NCBI GenBank assembly: GCA_045627525.1
Contig: JAZQNW010000001.1
Location: 120,270-184,269, forward strand
Reading direction: 5' to 3'
From: Bacilli bacterium
GTDB taxonomy: Bacteria > Bacillota_I > Bacilli_A > RF39 > UBA660
DNA: 64,000 nt
How positions within the stretch are numbered: position 1 is the first letter of the stretch; each line of letters opens with the position of its first letter. Positions 35,829-45,706 of the stretch are shown here, piece after piece. The notes beneath the pieces were generated by a model. It made no database searches. It saw only the letters and a list, made by a program, of their open reading frames with translations, and had not been told where the DNA came from. The position numbers were made by a program, and so were the translations under genes.

Positions 35829-35842
35829 CGAACGAATGTTTT
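35829..35842. promoter_or_regulatory. Candidate LexA (Cheo/DinR) box upstream of recA
   Basis: CGAACGAATGTTTT resembles the Firmicute SOS box CGAAC-N4-GTTCG (the right half is degenerate, GTTTT). It lies about 85 nt upstream of the recA start. Confidence 0.4.
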
Positions 35843-35875
35843 ATTAAATTACCAGTAAATTTTTACCAAAAAATA

Positions 35876-35905
35876 AAAAATCCTCAATAAATAAGGATTT
35901 TTCAA
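35876..35905 (-). terminator. Terminator after pgsA
   Basis: Hairpin aatccttatt-tattgaggatt plus T-run on minus strand. Confidence 0.55.
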
Positions 35906-35917
35906 GTAATATTTTTC

Positions 35918-36523
35918 TTAATTTTTTGTTTTTGAAAAAATTAAATCTTTATTCATAGAATAATACTTGCAAGCTGATACAATAGACATAATACATGCAA
36001 AATATAATAATAATTGATTAAATCTTATACCAATAAATTCAAATGGCATATTATAAATGAATGTTAAGAATGTTCCAACCATTAAAGCACCTGTTTTAAT
36101 CTTTCCAGCGCCAATAGCAGCAACAACTTTACCCTTTGCAGCAGCTTCCATTTTAATAGCATTTACAATTACATCTCTTAAAACTATTATAACTGGAATA
36201 ATTTCATTAATAAAACCTTGAGCTGCTAAAATTATTAATACTGAATTAACTAAAACCTTATCTGCAATAGCATCTAACATTTTACCAGTATCAGTAACAA
36301 GATTGTATTTACGAGCAATTCTACCATCAAAAAAATCTGTAATACTAGCAACTGCAAATATAAATCCTGAAATTAAATATTGCAAACCAACAGGTGAAGA
36401 AATACCTGAAATATTATACTCTGGGAAATGAATTCCTACAGCATAAAAAGGAAATACTAATAAAATAATTACTACAACAGTTAAAATAAGTCTAAGAACT
36501 GTAAGTTTATTAGGCAAGTTCAT
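35918..36523 (-). CDS. pgsA: CDP-diacylglycerol--glycerol-3-phosphate 3-phosphatidyltransferase
   Basis: CDP-alcohol phosphatidyltransferase motif DFFDGRIARK...GKMLDAIADKVL; start MNLPNKLTVLRL after AGGAG. Confidence 0.9.
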   Translation of the reverse strand: MNLPNKLTVLRLILTVVVIILLVFPFYAVGIHFPEYNISGISSPVGLQYLISGFIFAVASITDFFDGRIARKYNLVTDTGKMLDAIADKVLVNSVLIILAAQGFINEIIPVIIVLRDVIVNAIKMEAAAKGKVVAAIGAGKIKTGALMVGTFLTFIYNMPFEFIGIRFNQLLLYFACIMSIVSACKYYSMNKDLIFSKTKN

Positions 36524-37001
36524 AAAATTCTCCTTTCGCCACATTTGGCATTAATTCCTCACTTCTCGTAGGTGCCTTATTAATTGCACTAATAATTAAA
36601 TAAAGAACTACAAAAAGTAAAATAATACCAACAATAGACCATATAAAAGGCCATGGTCCTATTTTTTTCTTATATTCTTTTGTATAAGGGGACTGAGCTT
36701 TTTTTTCTGACTCTTCTAATTTTTTTTGAGCCAATTTAATATCTTCTAAAGAAATTTTAGATGTATGTTCAAATAAAAATCCATTAAATTCATCTACTAC
36801 TTTATCTGGATTTAATCCTAAATATTTAGCATATTGCTTAATATATTCTTTTAAATCATAAACATCCTTAAAAGCTTTGACATTACCACTTTCTATATTT
36901 TCAAGCTGAGATGATGTTAAATCTAAATCATCAGCAGCTTCTAACAAACTAACACCATTGCTGATTCTAGTCTGCTTTAAGTAAGCTCCTAACTCTTTCA
37001 T
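36510..37001 (-). CDS. rodZ: RodZ/YmfM-like HTH membrane protein
   Basis: It has an N-terminal XRE-type HTH (LGAYLKQTRISNGVSLLEAADDLDLTSSQLENIE) followed by a TM helix. It is in the conserved position upstream of pgsA. Confidence 0.6.
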   Translation of the reverse strand: MKELGAYLKQTRISNGVSLLEAADDLDLTSSQLENIESGNVKAFKDVYDLKEYIKQYAKYLGLNPDKVVDEFNGFLFEHTSKISLEDIKLAQKKLEESEKKAQSPYTKEYKKKIGPWPFIWSIVGIILLFVVLYLIISAINKAPTRSEELMPNVAKGEFYELA

Positions 37002-37017
37002 ATAACACCTCACTAAT

Positions 37018-37395
37018 AATAAACAATAAATATAAATAAGCCATGTTCTGTTCCTAGTAAACTAGGCGACAAACATTTATCTACTAATTTCTTAGTCCCT
37101 AACTCCATTCATTTTTTTTGTTAGGACTCCCCTACCAAATTTGGGTTTCTCGCTCGCGGGGTTTACCACGTTTCACTCTTTCGTTTCCAAAAGCATCGTC
37201 ACTGCGGCACTTTACAGTATAAATCATATCAAAAAGACTTAGATTTATTAACCGCCGTTAGTAAAAACTACCCTAGGTTATTTTTTCCCTAGGCACGATC
37301 ACTACAGACATCTCAGTCTGTGCGAGCATGGACTTTCCTCAAGGATCTCAAGAATCCCAGCGTTTGTCTATATATTAATTGTTATTATCTCTTCT
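37018..37395 (-). ncRNA. rnpB: RNase P RNA, bacterial type B
   Basis: The minus strand contains GAGGAAAGUCCAUGCUCGCAC (P4 5' strand), ...GUGAAACGUGGUAAACCCCGCGAGCGAGAAACCCAAAUUUGGUAGGGGA... and ...AACAGAACAUGGCUUA, nearly identical to the B. subtilis rnpB conserved regions. The GC-rich island lies between gpsB and rodZ as in Bacillus. Ends are uncertain by about 20 nt. The 5' region probably overlaps the gpsB stop. Confidence 0.85.
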
Positions 37396-37713
37396 ATTAG
37401 CATAAACCATCTTTTCAAGTTGTGATAATCTACGCAAAATATCAACGTTAGTAACTTCCATAGAATCGCTATTGCGAACTACTTCCATATTTAACTTAGA
37501 ATTTCGAAGTTCCTGCTTTAGATTAACAATTTCAGCCATCAATTCAGCTTTTTCTTTTTCCAAATTGTTAATAATGTCAACAAATTGCTCATAATCACCA
37601 ATAATAACATCTAAAAATTGATCTACTTCTTTTAATCGATAACCACGTGTATCAATTTTGAAATCTTTTTCTAAAATATCTTGTGGTTTAAGAGTAATCT
37701 TATTTTGATACAT
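37375..37713 (-). CDS. gpsB: Cell-cycle protein GpsB (DivIVA-domain)
   Basis: LKPQDILEKDFKIDTRGYRLKEVDQFLDVIIGDYEQF matches the GpsB/DivIVA N-domain. It is adjacent to rnpB as in B. subtilis. Confidence 0.8.
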   Translation of the reverse strand: MYQNKITLKPQDILEKDFKIDTRGYRLKEVDQFLDVIIGDYEQFVDIINNLEKEKAELMAEIVNLKQELRNSKLNMEVVRNSDSMEVTNVDILRRLSQLEKMVYANRRDNNN

Positions 37714-38008
37714 ACATATCACCAATCCCTTACAGTAATATTATGGCATTATTGATCTTTTTTGTCAATTGCTAACATATTGAACATATATGCAATATTG
37801 CTTTCAATACTAATCTCTCTCATATTATCTAACATTCTATTTATAACTTTGATAACTTCCAAATTATTCATATAATCACCACTTACATAATAATACAAAA
37901 AAACATTAAAATTTTATTTTCGACAAAACTAGATAAAATTTATCATAAAAAATAGGAAAATATAGAAAAATTTTAATTAATATAGTATAATGAATGATAG
38001 GTGATGAG

Positions 38009-38575
38009 ATGAATTATCCAAATGGTATAAAAAAAGAAAAAAATAATGAAATAACATTTGGTAATAGAGGTATGGCCTTAGAAAATGATCTAAATCTAAC
38101 CAACGAATATTATCGTGAAATAGATAAAGCAATCATATATAAAAAACCAACCCCTATAAAAATTACAAAAGTAAACTATCCATCGCGAGACAAAGCTGTA
38201 ATAAAAGAAGCATTTTTTACAGTACCATCTACTACAGACTATAATGGAATATATAAAGGTAAATATATTGATTTTGAAGCAAAAGAAACAAAAAATAAAA
38301 CTTCTTTTTCTTTAAGTAACATACATGTTCATCAAATAAATCATTTAAAAAATATATATAAACACAATGGTATATCATTTATAATAGTCAGATTTAGTAG
38401 TTTAAACGAAACTTATTTATTAATGGCACAAGATTTAATAAATTTTATTAACGAAACATCAAGAAAATCTATACCATTATCTTTCTTTAAAGAAAAAGCT
38501 TATCTCATAAAAGAAGGATACATTCCTAGAATAGATTATTTAAAAATAATTGATCAAATAATTGGAGGGGTCTAA
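38009..38575 (+). CDS. recU: Holliday junction resolvase RecU
   Basis: It has RecU-family length and motifs (GMALENDLNLTNEYY...DFEAKET) and is in the recU-ponA operon arrangement. The start is MNYPNG after AGGTGA. Confidence 0.8.
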   Translation: MNYPNGIKKEKNNEITFGNRGMALENDLNLTNEYYREIDKAIIYKKPTPIKITKVNYPSRDKAVIKEAFFTVPSTTDYNGIYKGKYIDFEAKETKNKTSFSLSNIHVHQINHLKNIYKHNGISFIIVRFSSLNETYLLMAQDLINFINETSRKSIPLSFFKEKAYLIKEGYIPRIDYLKIIDQIIGGV

Positions 38576-38576
38576 T

Positions 38577-41498
38577 ATGGCAAAAAAAGAAATAAAAAAA
38601 AGAATACCTGTTTCTAAAGGTAATACAAAAAAAACAACACAAATAAATAATAGAAATAATCAAAAAGTAAAGAAAAGAATACCACAAAAAAATTCAAAGG
38701 CTAATCAAAAAGAAAAAACTATTTGTCTAATATCATATATATTATTAGTAATATTAACTACAGTAACATTAGGAATTTTCTTTGGTTTATTTGTTGCTTT
38801 AGGTATAGCAATAATAGTTGGTGTATCTAAATTAATAAAAAAAGCAAACTCAGACAAAAGTAAAAAAAGTATATTAAAAACTATTTTGATAATAATACTA
38901 AGTCTTGGAGTTTTAGGATTAGTTTTATTTAGTGGATTTATTGTTATTGTAAAAGTAAAAGCTGATTTGCTATACAAAGGAAACGAAGAAAAGCTAAATA
39001 CACCTGAAAACACAACATTCCTAGATAGCAATGGTGAAGAATATGCCAAATTAGGTAGTGAAATGCGTGAAAAAGTTACTTATGATCAACTTCCAGAAGT
39101 ATTAGTTGACGCTATCGTTGCTACTGAAGATTCAAGATTTTTTCAACATAATGGATTTGATGCCCCACGTTTTTCAAAAGCTATTATAGGACACCTTGCA
39201 GGTAAATCAAATGCTGGTGGAGCTTCAACATTAACAATGCAAGTTGTTAAAAATACTTTCACTGATGCTAGCGCATCACATGGTATTAAAGGTGGAATAA
39301 GAAAAGCTGAAGATATTTACCTAGCAATATTTAAAGTTGAAAAAAACTTTACAAAACAACAAATAATTGAATTTTATGTAAACAACCACTATTTAGGTGG
39401 AAATATATATGGTGTAGAAGAAGCTGCTAATGCTTACTTTGGTAAAAGCGTAAGCGAATTAAACTTAAGTGAAGCTGCTATCTTAGCTGGTATGTTTAAA
39501 TCTCCAGTCACTTATAGACCTACAGCATATCCAGAAAATGCTGCTAAGCGTAGAAAAACTGTTTTATATTTAATGAGAAGACATGGATATATAACAAAAG
39601 AAGAAGAAGCTTTAGCAAATAGTATTCCTGTAGAATCATTAGTTAGTAATGGAACAACAGGAACATCAAGTGAATATCAAGGATATATTGATACAGTTGT
39701 TGAAGAAATAAAAGATAGATGGGGAATAAATGCCTATACTACTCCACTTCTTGTATATACTAATTTAGATCGTTCAAGACAAAATGCAGTAAATAGCGTA
39801 ATGAATGGTGAAAGTTATTCATGGATAAATGACAAAGTTCAATCAGGAGTTGCAGTTATTGATACTGAAACAGGAAAAATTTTAGCAATTGGTAATGGTC
39901 GTAACGTTAATGGTAGAACCGCTGATAACATTAATCAATTTAATTATGCTACCAGTATAAAAAGACAACCCGGATCATCTGCTAAACCACTATTTGACTA
40001 TGCCCCAGGTATAGAATACAATAACTGGTCAACATATACGCAATTTGTAGATGGACCATACACATATTCAAATGGACATTCAATAAAAAACTGGGATGGT
40101 GGATATTATGGACAAATATCTTTAAGAAGAGCACTATCTACATCACGTAATATTCCAGCATTAAAAGCATTCCAACAAGTTGATAATGCAAAAATAAGAG
40201 ATTTCGTTGCAAGACTTGGAATACATCCAGAAGTATGCTCAACAGGATATACATATAAACAATTAAAAGATGGAACACTTACTTGTGTTAATAATAATAA
40301 ACCTAGTGATACTGAAGATCCTAGTAATGTTCATGAAGCACACTCAATTGGAGCCTTTACTGGTACTAATCCAGTAGAAATGGCAGCTGCATATTCTGCA
40401 TTCTCAAATGGTGGAACATATCATGAGCCAACTACTATATCTAAAATAATAAATAAAGGATCAAATGAAGAACTAAAATTAGATTTAATAGTAAATGAAA
40501 ATGTTATGGGTGAAGATACAGCATTCATGATATCAAGTGTTTTACAAGATGTTAACTTAAATGGTGGAAATCCACAATATGTAGCACGTAAAACAGGAAC
40601 TACAAACTATGATGATAACACAATGGCAAAAAACCATTTACCTGGAGATGCCATTAGAGATTCATGGATAGTTGGATACTCTAGTAAAACGGCAATAGCT
40701 GTTTGGTATGGATATGACTTTATAGATAGTGAATATTGCTTGCATAACATTCCAGCAACTATTCAAAAAGATAAAATATTCAATGCTCTAATAAATGCTG
40801 GAGCAATGGAACATAACAGAACACCATTTAAACAACCTGATAGTGTTGTCAAAGTTGGAGTAATAGCAGGATCTGAAACACCTAAATTAGCACCTAGTGG
40901 ATATACTGGAACAATAACATATGAATATTTCAAAAAAAATTATCAACCAACTGAAACATACACAAATGAAAAATTAGGAAAAGTAGATAATTTTAATGCA
41001 AGTTATTTAAATAAAAAGGTTTACTTAAAATGGAATGGTCTAAATAACAACGGATATGATTCAATTACATATTATATTTATCATGATTCAACATTAATCG
41101 GTAAAACAGAATCAACTTCTTATACATACACACCTACTGGTAGCCCATATGGAACATATAAAGTTGTGGCTAATGCTTATAAAGATGGTAATTTATTAGA
41201 AGGAACACCTGCAACACAAACAATAAAAGATAATAATTCCGCTCCTGAACAAGAAGAAAAAGATAATTTAACACTAACTTATAGTGGACCAACGATTATC
41301 CCAGAAAGTGGATCACTTGAACTATCAACATCAGATTTCACTGTTAAAAACAATAATTCACCTGTATCAGCAACACTTAATTCTTGTACACCATCTACAA
41401 TTGATACAGCCATTAGAAAAGTAATAGTATGTAATGTAAAATATAAAAACCAAACATATAACTTATCAACTACTATAGAATTTAAAAGAAATGAATAA
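38577..41498 (+). CDS. ponA: Bifunctional class A penicillin-binding protein PBP1A (glycosyltransferase plus transpeptidase) with an extra C-terminal domain
   Basis: The GT51 motif is EDSRFFQHNGFD. The transpeptidase motifs SxxK, SxN and KTG (RKTGTT) are present. It has an N-terminal TM and a strong RBS ggagggg. Confidence 0.9.
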   Translation: MAKKEIKKRIPVSKGNTKKTTQINNRNNQKVKKRIPQKNSKANQKEKTICLISYILLVILTTVTLGIFFGLFVALGIAIIVGVSKLIKKANSDKSKKSILKTILIIILSLGVLGLVLFSGFIVIVKVKADLLYKGNEEKLNTPENTTFLDSNGEEYAKLGSEMREKVTYDQLPEVLVDAIVATEDSRFFQHNGFDAPRFSKAIIGHLAGKSNAGGASTLTMQVVKNTFTDASASHGIKGGIRKAEDIYLAIFKVEKNFTKQQIIEFYVNNHYLGGNIYGVEEAANAYFGKSVSELNLSEAAILAGMFKSPVTYRPTAYPENAAKRRKTVLYLMRRHGYITKEEEALANSIPVESLVSNGTTGTSSEYQGYIDTVVEEIKDRWGINAYTTPLLVYTNLDRSRQNAVNSVMNGESYSWINDKVQSGVAVIDTETGKILAIGNGRNVNGRTADNINQFNYATSIKRQPGSSAKPLFDYAPGIEYNNWSTYTQFVDGPYTYSNGHSIKNWDGGYYGQISLRRALSTSRNIPALKAFQQVDNAKIRDFVARLGIHPEVCSTGYTYKQLKDGTLTCVNNNKPSDTEDPSNVHEAHSIGAFTGTNPVEMAAAYSAFSNGGTYHEPTTISKIINKGSNEELKLDLIVNENVMGEDTAFMISSVLQDVNLNGGNPQYVARKTGTTNYDDNTMAKNHLPGDAIRDSWIVGYSSKTAIAVWYGYDFIDSEYCLHNIPATIQKDKIFNALINAGAMEHNRTPFKQPDSVVKVGVIAGSETPKLAPSGYTGTITYEYFKKNYQPTETYTNEKLGKVDNFNASYLNKKVYLKWNGLNNNGYDSITYYIYHDSTLIGKTESTSYTYTPTGSPYGTYKVVANAYKDGNLLEGTPATQTIKDNNSAPEQEEKDNLTLTYSGPTIIPESGSLELSTSDFTVKNNNSPVSATLNSCTPSTIDTAIRKVIVCNVKYKNQTYNLSTTIEFKRNE

Positions 41499-41509
41499 AA
41501 AATACTAGT

Positions 41510-42130
41510 TCAATTAGAACTAGTATTTTTTTTACATATATTACTTAATTTACAATCTAAACATTTAGGATTAAGAGATTTACAATGATATCTTCCAAAT
41601 AAAACTAACTGAAGATGTCGTCTAGCCCACTCTTTTTTAGGAAATACTTCCATCAACTTTTCTTCTATTTTTAAAACGTTATCATTAATATCAGCAAGTC
41701 CTAATCTTTTTGAAACTCTTTCAACATGAGTATCTACAGCAATAGCTGGAATGTTATAATATTCACTTAAAAATACATTAATAGTCTTTCTACCAACACC
41801 CGGTAATTTTTCCAACTCTTTTCTATCAGTAGGAACAACACAATTATAACAGTCCACTAAAATACGAGCTATTTCTTTAACATAAACTGCTTTTTTTCTA
41901 AAAGAACCGATTGGTCTAATAATTAATTCCAAATCACGTAATTTAGCATTCTTTAATGAAACTAAATCCGAATATTGATTAAATAATATTGGAGTAACTA
42001 CATTAACTCTCCTATCAGTGCTTTGAGCACTTAAAACTATAGCAATTAATAATTCATAATCATTATTATAATGAAGTTCACATTGTGGATTTGGAAACAA
42101 TTCATCCAAATAACTACCTATCTTATTCAT
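41510..42130 (-). CDS. nth: Endonuclease III (DNA glycosylase/AP lyase)
   Basis: HhH-GPD domain (LPGVGRKTINV) and the 4Fe-4S cluster loop (C-x6-C-x2-C-x5-C) are present. The start overlaps the dnaD stop. Confidence 0.9.
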   Translation of the reverse strand: MNKIGSYLDELFPNPQCELHYNNDYELLIAIVLSAQSTDRRVNVVTPILFNQYSDLVSLKNAKLRDLELIIRPIGSFRKKAVYVKEIARILVDCYNCVVPTDRKELEKLPGVGRKTINVFLSEYYNIPAIAVDTHVERVSKRLGLADINDNVLKIEEKLMEVFPKKEWARRHLQLVLFGRYHCKSLNPKCLDCKLSNICKKNTSSN

Positions 42131-42797
42131 CATCATCATCAAACCAATTCCAATCAACAATTTCCATATCAACATTATCCGTATTTTCTTTAATACTTTT
42201 ACGCTTTTTACGGTTATTTTCAACATCATCAGGAGTTTTTATTCCATTTTTACTCCATTCGTACAATATTTTATCTATATATCTTAAATTAGACACACCA
42301 TTAAATGTCGCTTCTTTTACAGCCTCTTTTATCAAAGCCTCACTAAAATCGTTGTCTAACCATGCTTTAATTATTTCAAATTCTATTGGACTTAAAGTTC
42401 TTCCAAATTCTTTTTCAATTAATTCAAAAATTTGTACCCCATCATTTTTAGATACACTATTAACTTCTTCCATCGTAATTAATGACAATTTACTATAAAA
42501 ACCATCTAATAAAATAACTTCTTCCATAATTCCCTTGTCATTTTTTAAGACTTCAACTTGAATCAATTTTTTATCATTAAGAATATCTACATAATTCATA
42601 ACATCAGAAAGCTCTATTCCCAAATCAGCAGAAAATTTAGCTGGATCAAATAAAAATTTGTTTCCAGAATTATATAAATACATTAAAAATACAAATTCAT
42701 CTATTTTTAATGATAAATCTTTATAATGTTGAAGCAAAAACAAAGGTATAACTAAATGACCTTGTTTAAATATATCAATTAATTTAGCACCTTTCAT
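42123..42797 (-). CDS. dnaD: Replication initiation/membrane attachment protein DnaD
   Basis: It has a DnaD N-domain and a DnaD-like C-domain (YEWSKNGIKTPDDV) and shows dnaD-nth synteny. Confidence 0.75.
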   Translation of the reverse strand: MKGAKLIDIFKQGHLVIPLFLLQHYKDLSLKIDEFVFLMYLYNSGNKFLFDPAKFSADLGIELSDVMNYVDILNDKKLIQVEVLKNDKGIMEEVILLDGFYSKLSLITMEEVNSVSKNDGVQIFELIEKEFGRTLSPIEFEIIKAWLDNDFSEALIKEAVKEATFNGVSNLRYIDKILYEWSKNGIKTPDDVENNRKKRKSIKENTDNVDMEIVDWNWFDDDDE

Positions 42798-42838
42798 AGC
42801 ATCATCCCCATTAAGTTAATATAATAACATATTTTTTA

Positions 42839-43933
42839 TTAATTAGCATATTTATTGACAATAAACTTAATTAAATCAGTATTTTTATTTGGTATTTTTT
42901 TGTATAAAACCTCATGAATTAAATCACTATATATTTCCTTCAAATATTTACCAGGTTTCTTATTTAAAGCATTAGTAATATCATCACACGTGATATCTAA
43001 ATCATTTCTTGAATTAATAGGCAATTTTATATATGATTCAGTGATAGCTTTCTTGTCTATTCCCTTTATACCACCAGCAACACAATTAACATATAAACCA
43101 TATCGATATAGTGTCATTGGATCCAAATTATTAAGTTTTAATGCTTCATTAACATCTTTTATAATATTTAATTCATTACTAGAAAAAGGATATTTATCAC
43201 TGACATCTAATACACTCCATATAGATATTAAATCATCAGTATTTTTTACATCTTTTAACTTATCTAATTCTAAGTCTATATCCAATCCTAATTCCAATAA
43301 TAATTTTATTCCTTTTAAACTATTAGTACTACCAAATATTTTATCTAACTCTTCTTTTTTTCTATGATAAGACAAATTCTTTAACAAATATTTTGTTTCT
43401 CTTATTGATTTTTTTACATCATCATCTAAATTAAAATCTAAAATTGTAGCAAATCTAACAGCTCTTAGTATTCTCAAACAATCCTCTTCAAATCTAACTT
43501 TAGCTGGACCAATAGTTTTAACTATTCTATTATCTATATCAATACGACCACCTAATAAATCAACTATGTTACCATCTTGATCCATGCATATAGAATTTAT
43601 AGTAAAATCTCTGCGTATCAAATCATCATATAAATTATCTATATAACGAATTTCCCCAGGTCTTCTATTTTTTACATAATTTATTTCTTGCCTATATGTA
43701 GTTATTTCATATCTTACACCAGACTTAATTACAGTAACAGATCCATAATCCTCATTAGGTAAACAACAATCCTCAAACATTTCTTTTATTTGTCTTGGAG
43801 TTGCATTAGTAGCTATATCAATATCATTTGATTCAATTCCTAAAATATAATCTCTAACAAAACCACCAACTATATAAGCCTCATATCCATTTTTATTAAT
43901 TTCTTTGATAAATTTCAAGGCTAGTTCTAACAT
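42839..43933 (-). CDS. cca: CCA-adding tRNA nucleotidyltransferase
   Basis: Pol-beta-type head domain (GGFVRDYILG...DIDIAT) and RNA-binding motif RRDFTINS are present. Confidence 0.85.
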   Translation of the reverse strand: MLELALKFIKEINKNGYEAYIVGGFVRDYILGIESNDIDIATNATPRQIKEMFEDCCLPNEDYGSVTVIKSGVRYEITTYRQEINYVKNRRPGEIRYIDNLYDDLIRRDFTINSICMDQDGNIVDLLGGRIDIDNRIVKTIGPAKVRFEEDCLRILRAVRFATILDFNLDDDVKKSIRETKYLLKNLSYHRKKEELDKIFGSTNSLKGIKLLLELGLDIDLELDKLKDVKNTDDLISIWSVLDVSDKYPFSSNELNIIKDVNEALKLNNLDPMTLYRYGLYVNCVAGGIKGIDKKAITESYIKLPINSRNDLDITCDDITNALNKKPGKYLKEIYSDLIHEVLYKKIPNKNTDLIKFIVNKYAN

Positions 43934-44023
43934 GTCTACACCACCATCTCTTAAATATTATACCAAAATTAATTTATTAGAACAACTTTCCAAAAAAAGA
44001 ACCTCATATGAGGTTCTAAAAAA

Positions 44024-44296
44024 CTAGTTAATAGCGTCTTTTAATGCACTACCAGCTTTAAAAGTAACAGCTTTTCTAGCAGCGATTGGAACAACTTCTC
44101 CAGTTCTTGGATTACGTCCTTCACGAGCAGCTCTTTCAGATACTCCAAAAGTACCAAATCCAACTAGTGGAACTTTATCTCCTTTTACTAATGCTTCAGT
44201 AATAGCACCAAAAGTAGCATCAATTGCTCTAGTAGCATCTGCTTTAGTTAATCCAGTCTTTTTAGCTACTGCTTCTACTAATTCAACTTTTTTCAT
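44024..44296 (-). CDS. hup: DNA-binding protein HU
   Basis: MKKVELVEAVAKKTGLTKADATRAIDA...GFGTFGVSERAAREGRNPRTGE; start after GGGAGG. Confidence 0.9.
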   Translation of the reverse strand: MKKVELVEAVAKKTGLTKADATRAIDATFGAITEALVKGDKVPLVGFGTFGVSERAAREGRNPRTGEVVPIAARKAVTFKAGSALKDAIN

Positions 44297-44405
44297 ATTA
44301 ATAATACCTCCCAATATTAATTAAGCATTCTTCAATATGCTTACATATAAAATTTACCATGATTTATATCAAATTGCAAGTAAATACAATGAAATTTACA
44401 TACTT

Positions 44406-44738
44406 TTACTTAAGTTTTTTATCAATAGAAGTCAACAATTCAATGATATGTCCTATTGAATAGAAAAACAAACATAAAATAAGACTTGCAAACCAGAAAA
44501 CTATCATCAAAAAGAAATTAAATTCTGTGACTAAACAAGCATCACTATATAAATATGTTGATGAACTACAAGCAGGAAATAAATTACCTAGCACTATGCC
44601 AAAGATAAAACAAATTATAAAAGTAATAATAGAAAATTTTTGATAACCATTAAACTTTTGCTTACCAATTGATTTCTCAATACTATTAATTTTAGGAAGC
44701 TCAATCTTTTGATTATATATTTCTTCAAACATATCCAT
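44406..44738 (-). CDS. Hypothetical small membrane protein
   Basis: Hydrophobic helices only. Confidence 0.3.
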   Translation of the reverse strand: MDMFEEIYNQKIELPKINSIEKSIGKQKFNGYQKFSIITFIICFIFGIVLGNLFPACSSSTYLYSDACLVTEFNFFLMIVFWFASLILCLFFYSIGHIIELLTSIDKKLK

Positions 44739-44739
44739 A

Positions 44740-45588
44740 TTATTTTGCCCCCTTTTTTGATTTACTCTTACTTTTCACTTCATCTATTGCCTTATTAGAC
44801 TTACTTTTTACTTCACTTATTACCTCATTGGACTTATTTTTTACTTCTTCTACTAATTTATCAGATACCTCTTTTGCTTCATCTATTATCTTTTCACTTT
44901 TTTCAGAAAAATTATCTTTTATTTCAATAACTTTTTCACGATATTCATCAAAATTACCATTATTATTTATATTTTTCTTCTTCTTATCCAAAAAAGCACC
45001 ATATAAATAAACAAATTTAGCTAATAAAATTATATATATACAATCAAATGTCGCTAGAACAACTCCATTAAGTGTAGTAGATGAAATTAAACTAACAGTG
45101 TATAAAATAATTTCTACTATTACAATCCCTCTAAAATACCATTCATTAGTTAATTCATTAAAAGGTGATTCTTTTAATTTAAAATCTTTCCAAAGAATAG
45201 TTCCTCTTAAAAATGTATGAAAAAAATAAATAAAAATAAGTGCATTTAAAGAACAAGATAACAATGTAGTTAAACCAAAAGATTGAAATATAGTTAATAT
45301 ACTAGTTACAAATGTAAGAAAAAAGATTATCAACATAATTAAACTAGAATAATCAAAATATTTCTTTCCTGTTTTTGTTTTTAAAGAAATAAAATACACT
45401 AAAGCTATCATATATGTAATATTATGATTAAGAACATTTTGAAACATTTTAATTGCACTAATTTCTCTATTTATAGAAAAAGATTGACTACTAACAATAA
45501 TTACAGAAATTATAATAATTAACAACCAAGTAATTGTTGAAGCATTATTATACCAATCTTTTTTTTCTTGACTTTTTTCTAAGCTCAT
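44740..45588 (-). CDS. Hypothetical membrane protein with C-terminal (E/K)-rich repeats (EVKNKSNEVISEVKSKSNKAIDEVKSKS)
   Basis: Four or more TM segments plus repetitive charged tail; no motifs. Confidence 0.35.
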   Translation of the reverse strand: MSLEKSQEKKDWYNNASTITWLLIIIISVIIVSSQSFSINREISAIKMFQNVLNHNITYMIALVYFISLKTKTGKKYFDYSSLIMLIIFFLTFVTSILTIFQSFGLTTLLSCSLNALIFIYFFHTFLRGTILWKDFKLKESPFNELTNEWYFRGIVIVEIILYTVSLISSTTLNGVVLATFDCIYIILLAKFVYLYGAFLDKKKKNINNNGNFDEYREKVIEIKDNFSEKSEKIIDEAKEVSDKLVEEVKNKSNEVISEVKSKSNKAIDEVKSKSKSKKGAK

Positions 45589-45706
45589 GAAATCACCATC
45601 CTAATACAAGTATAGCATAAAAAAGTAAGGCTGATTTAAATAATATAATTTTTCTTTAAAAGTTTACAATAATATGATATAATACGAGTGAATTGGAGGG
45701 GATATT

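Noticed and set aside
37018-37395. GC-rich island considered as tmRNA, 6S RNA or a tRNA cluster
   Set aside because: It has no tRNA-like acceptor/T-arm with a tag-peptide ORF. Its sequence blocks match RNase P RNA P4 and neighbouring conserved regions nearly exactly.
38705-39049. 114-aa minus-strand ORF inside ponA
   Set aside because: Antisense to PBP1A N-terminal/GT51 region; no RBS
42085-43367. Plus-strand ORFs of 137 and 125 aa overlapping dnaD and cca
   Set aside because: Antisense to conserved CDSs; Ser/Leu/Phe-rich artefactual composition
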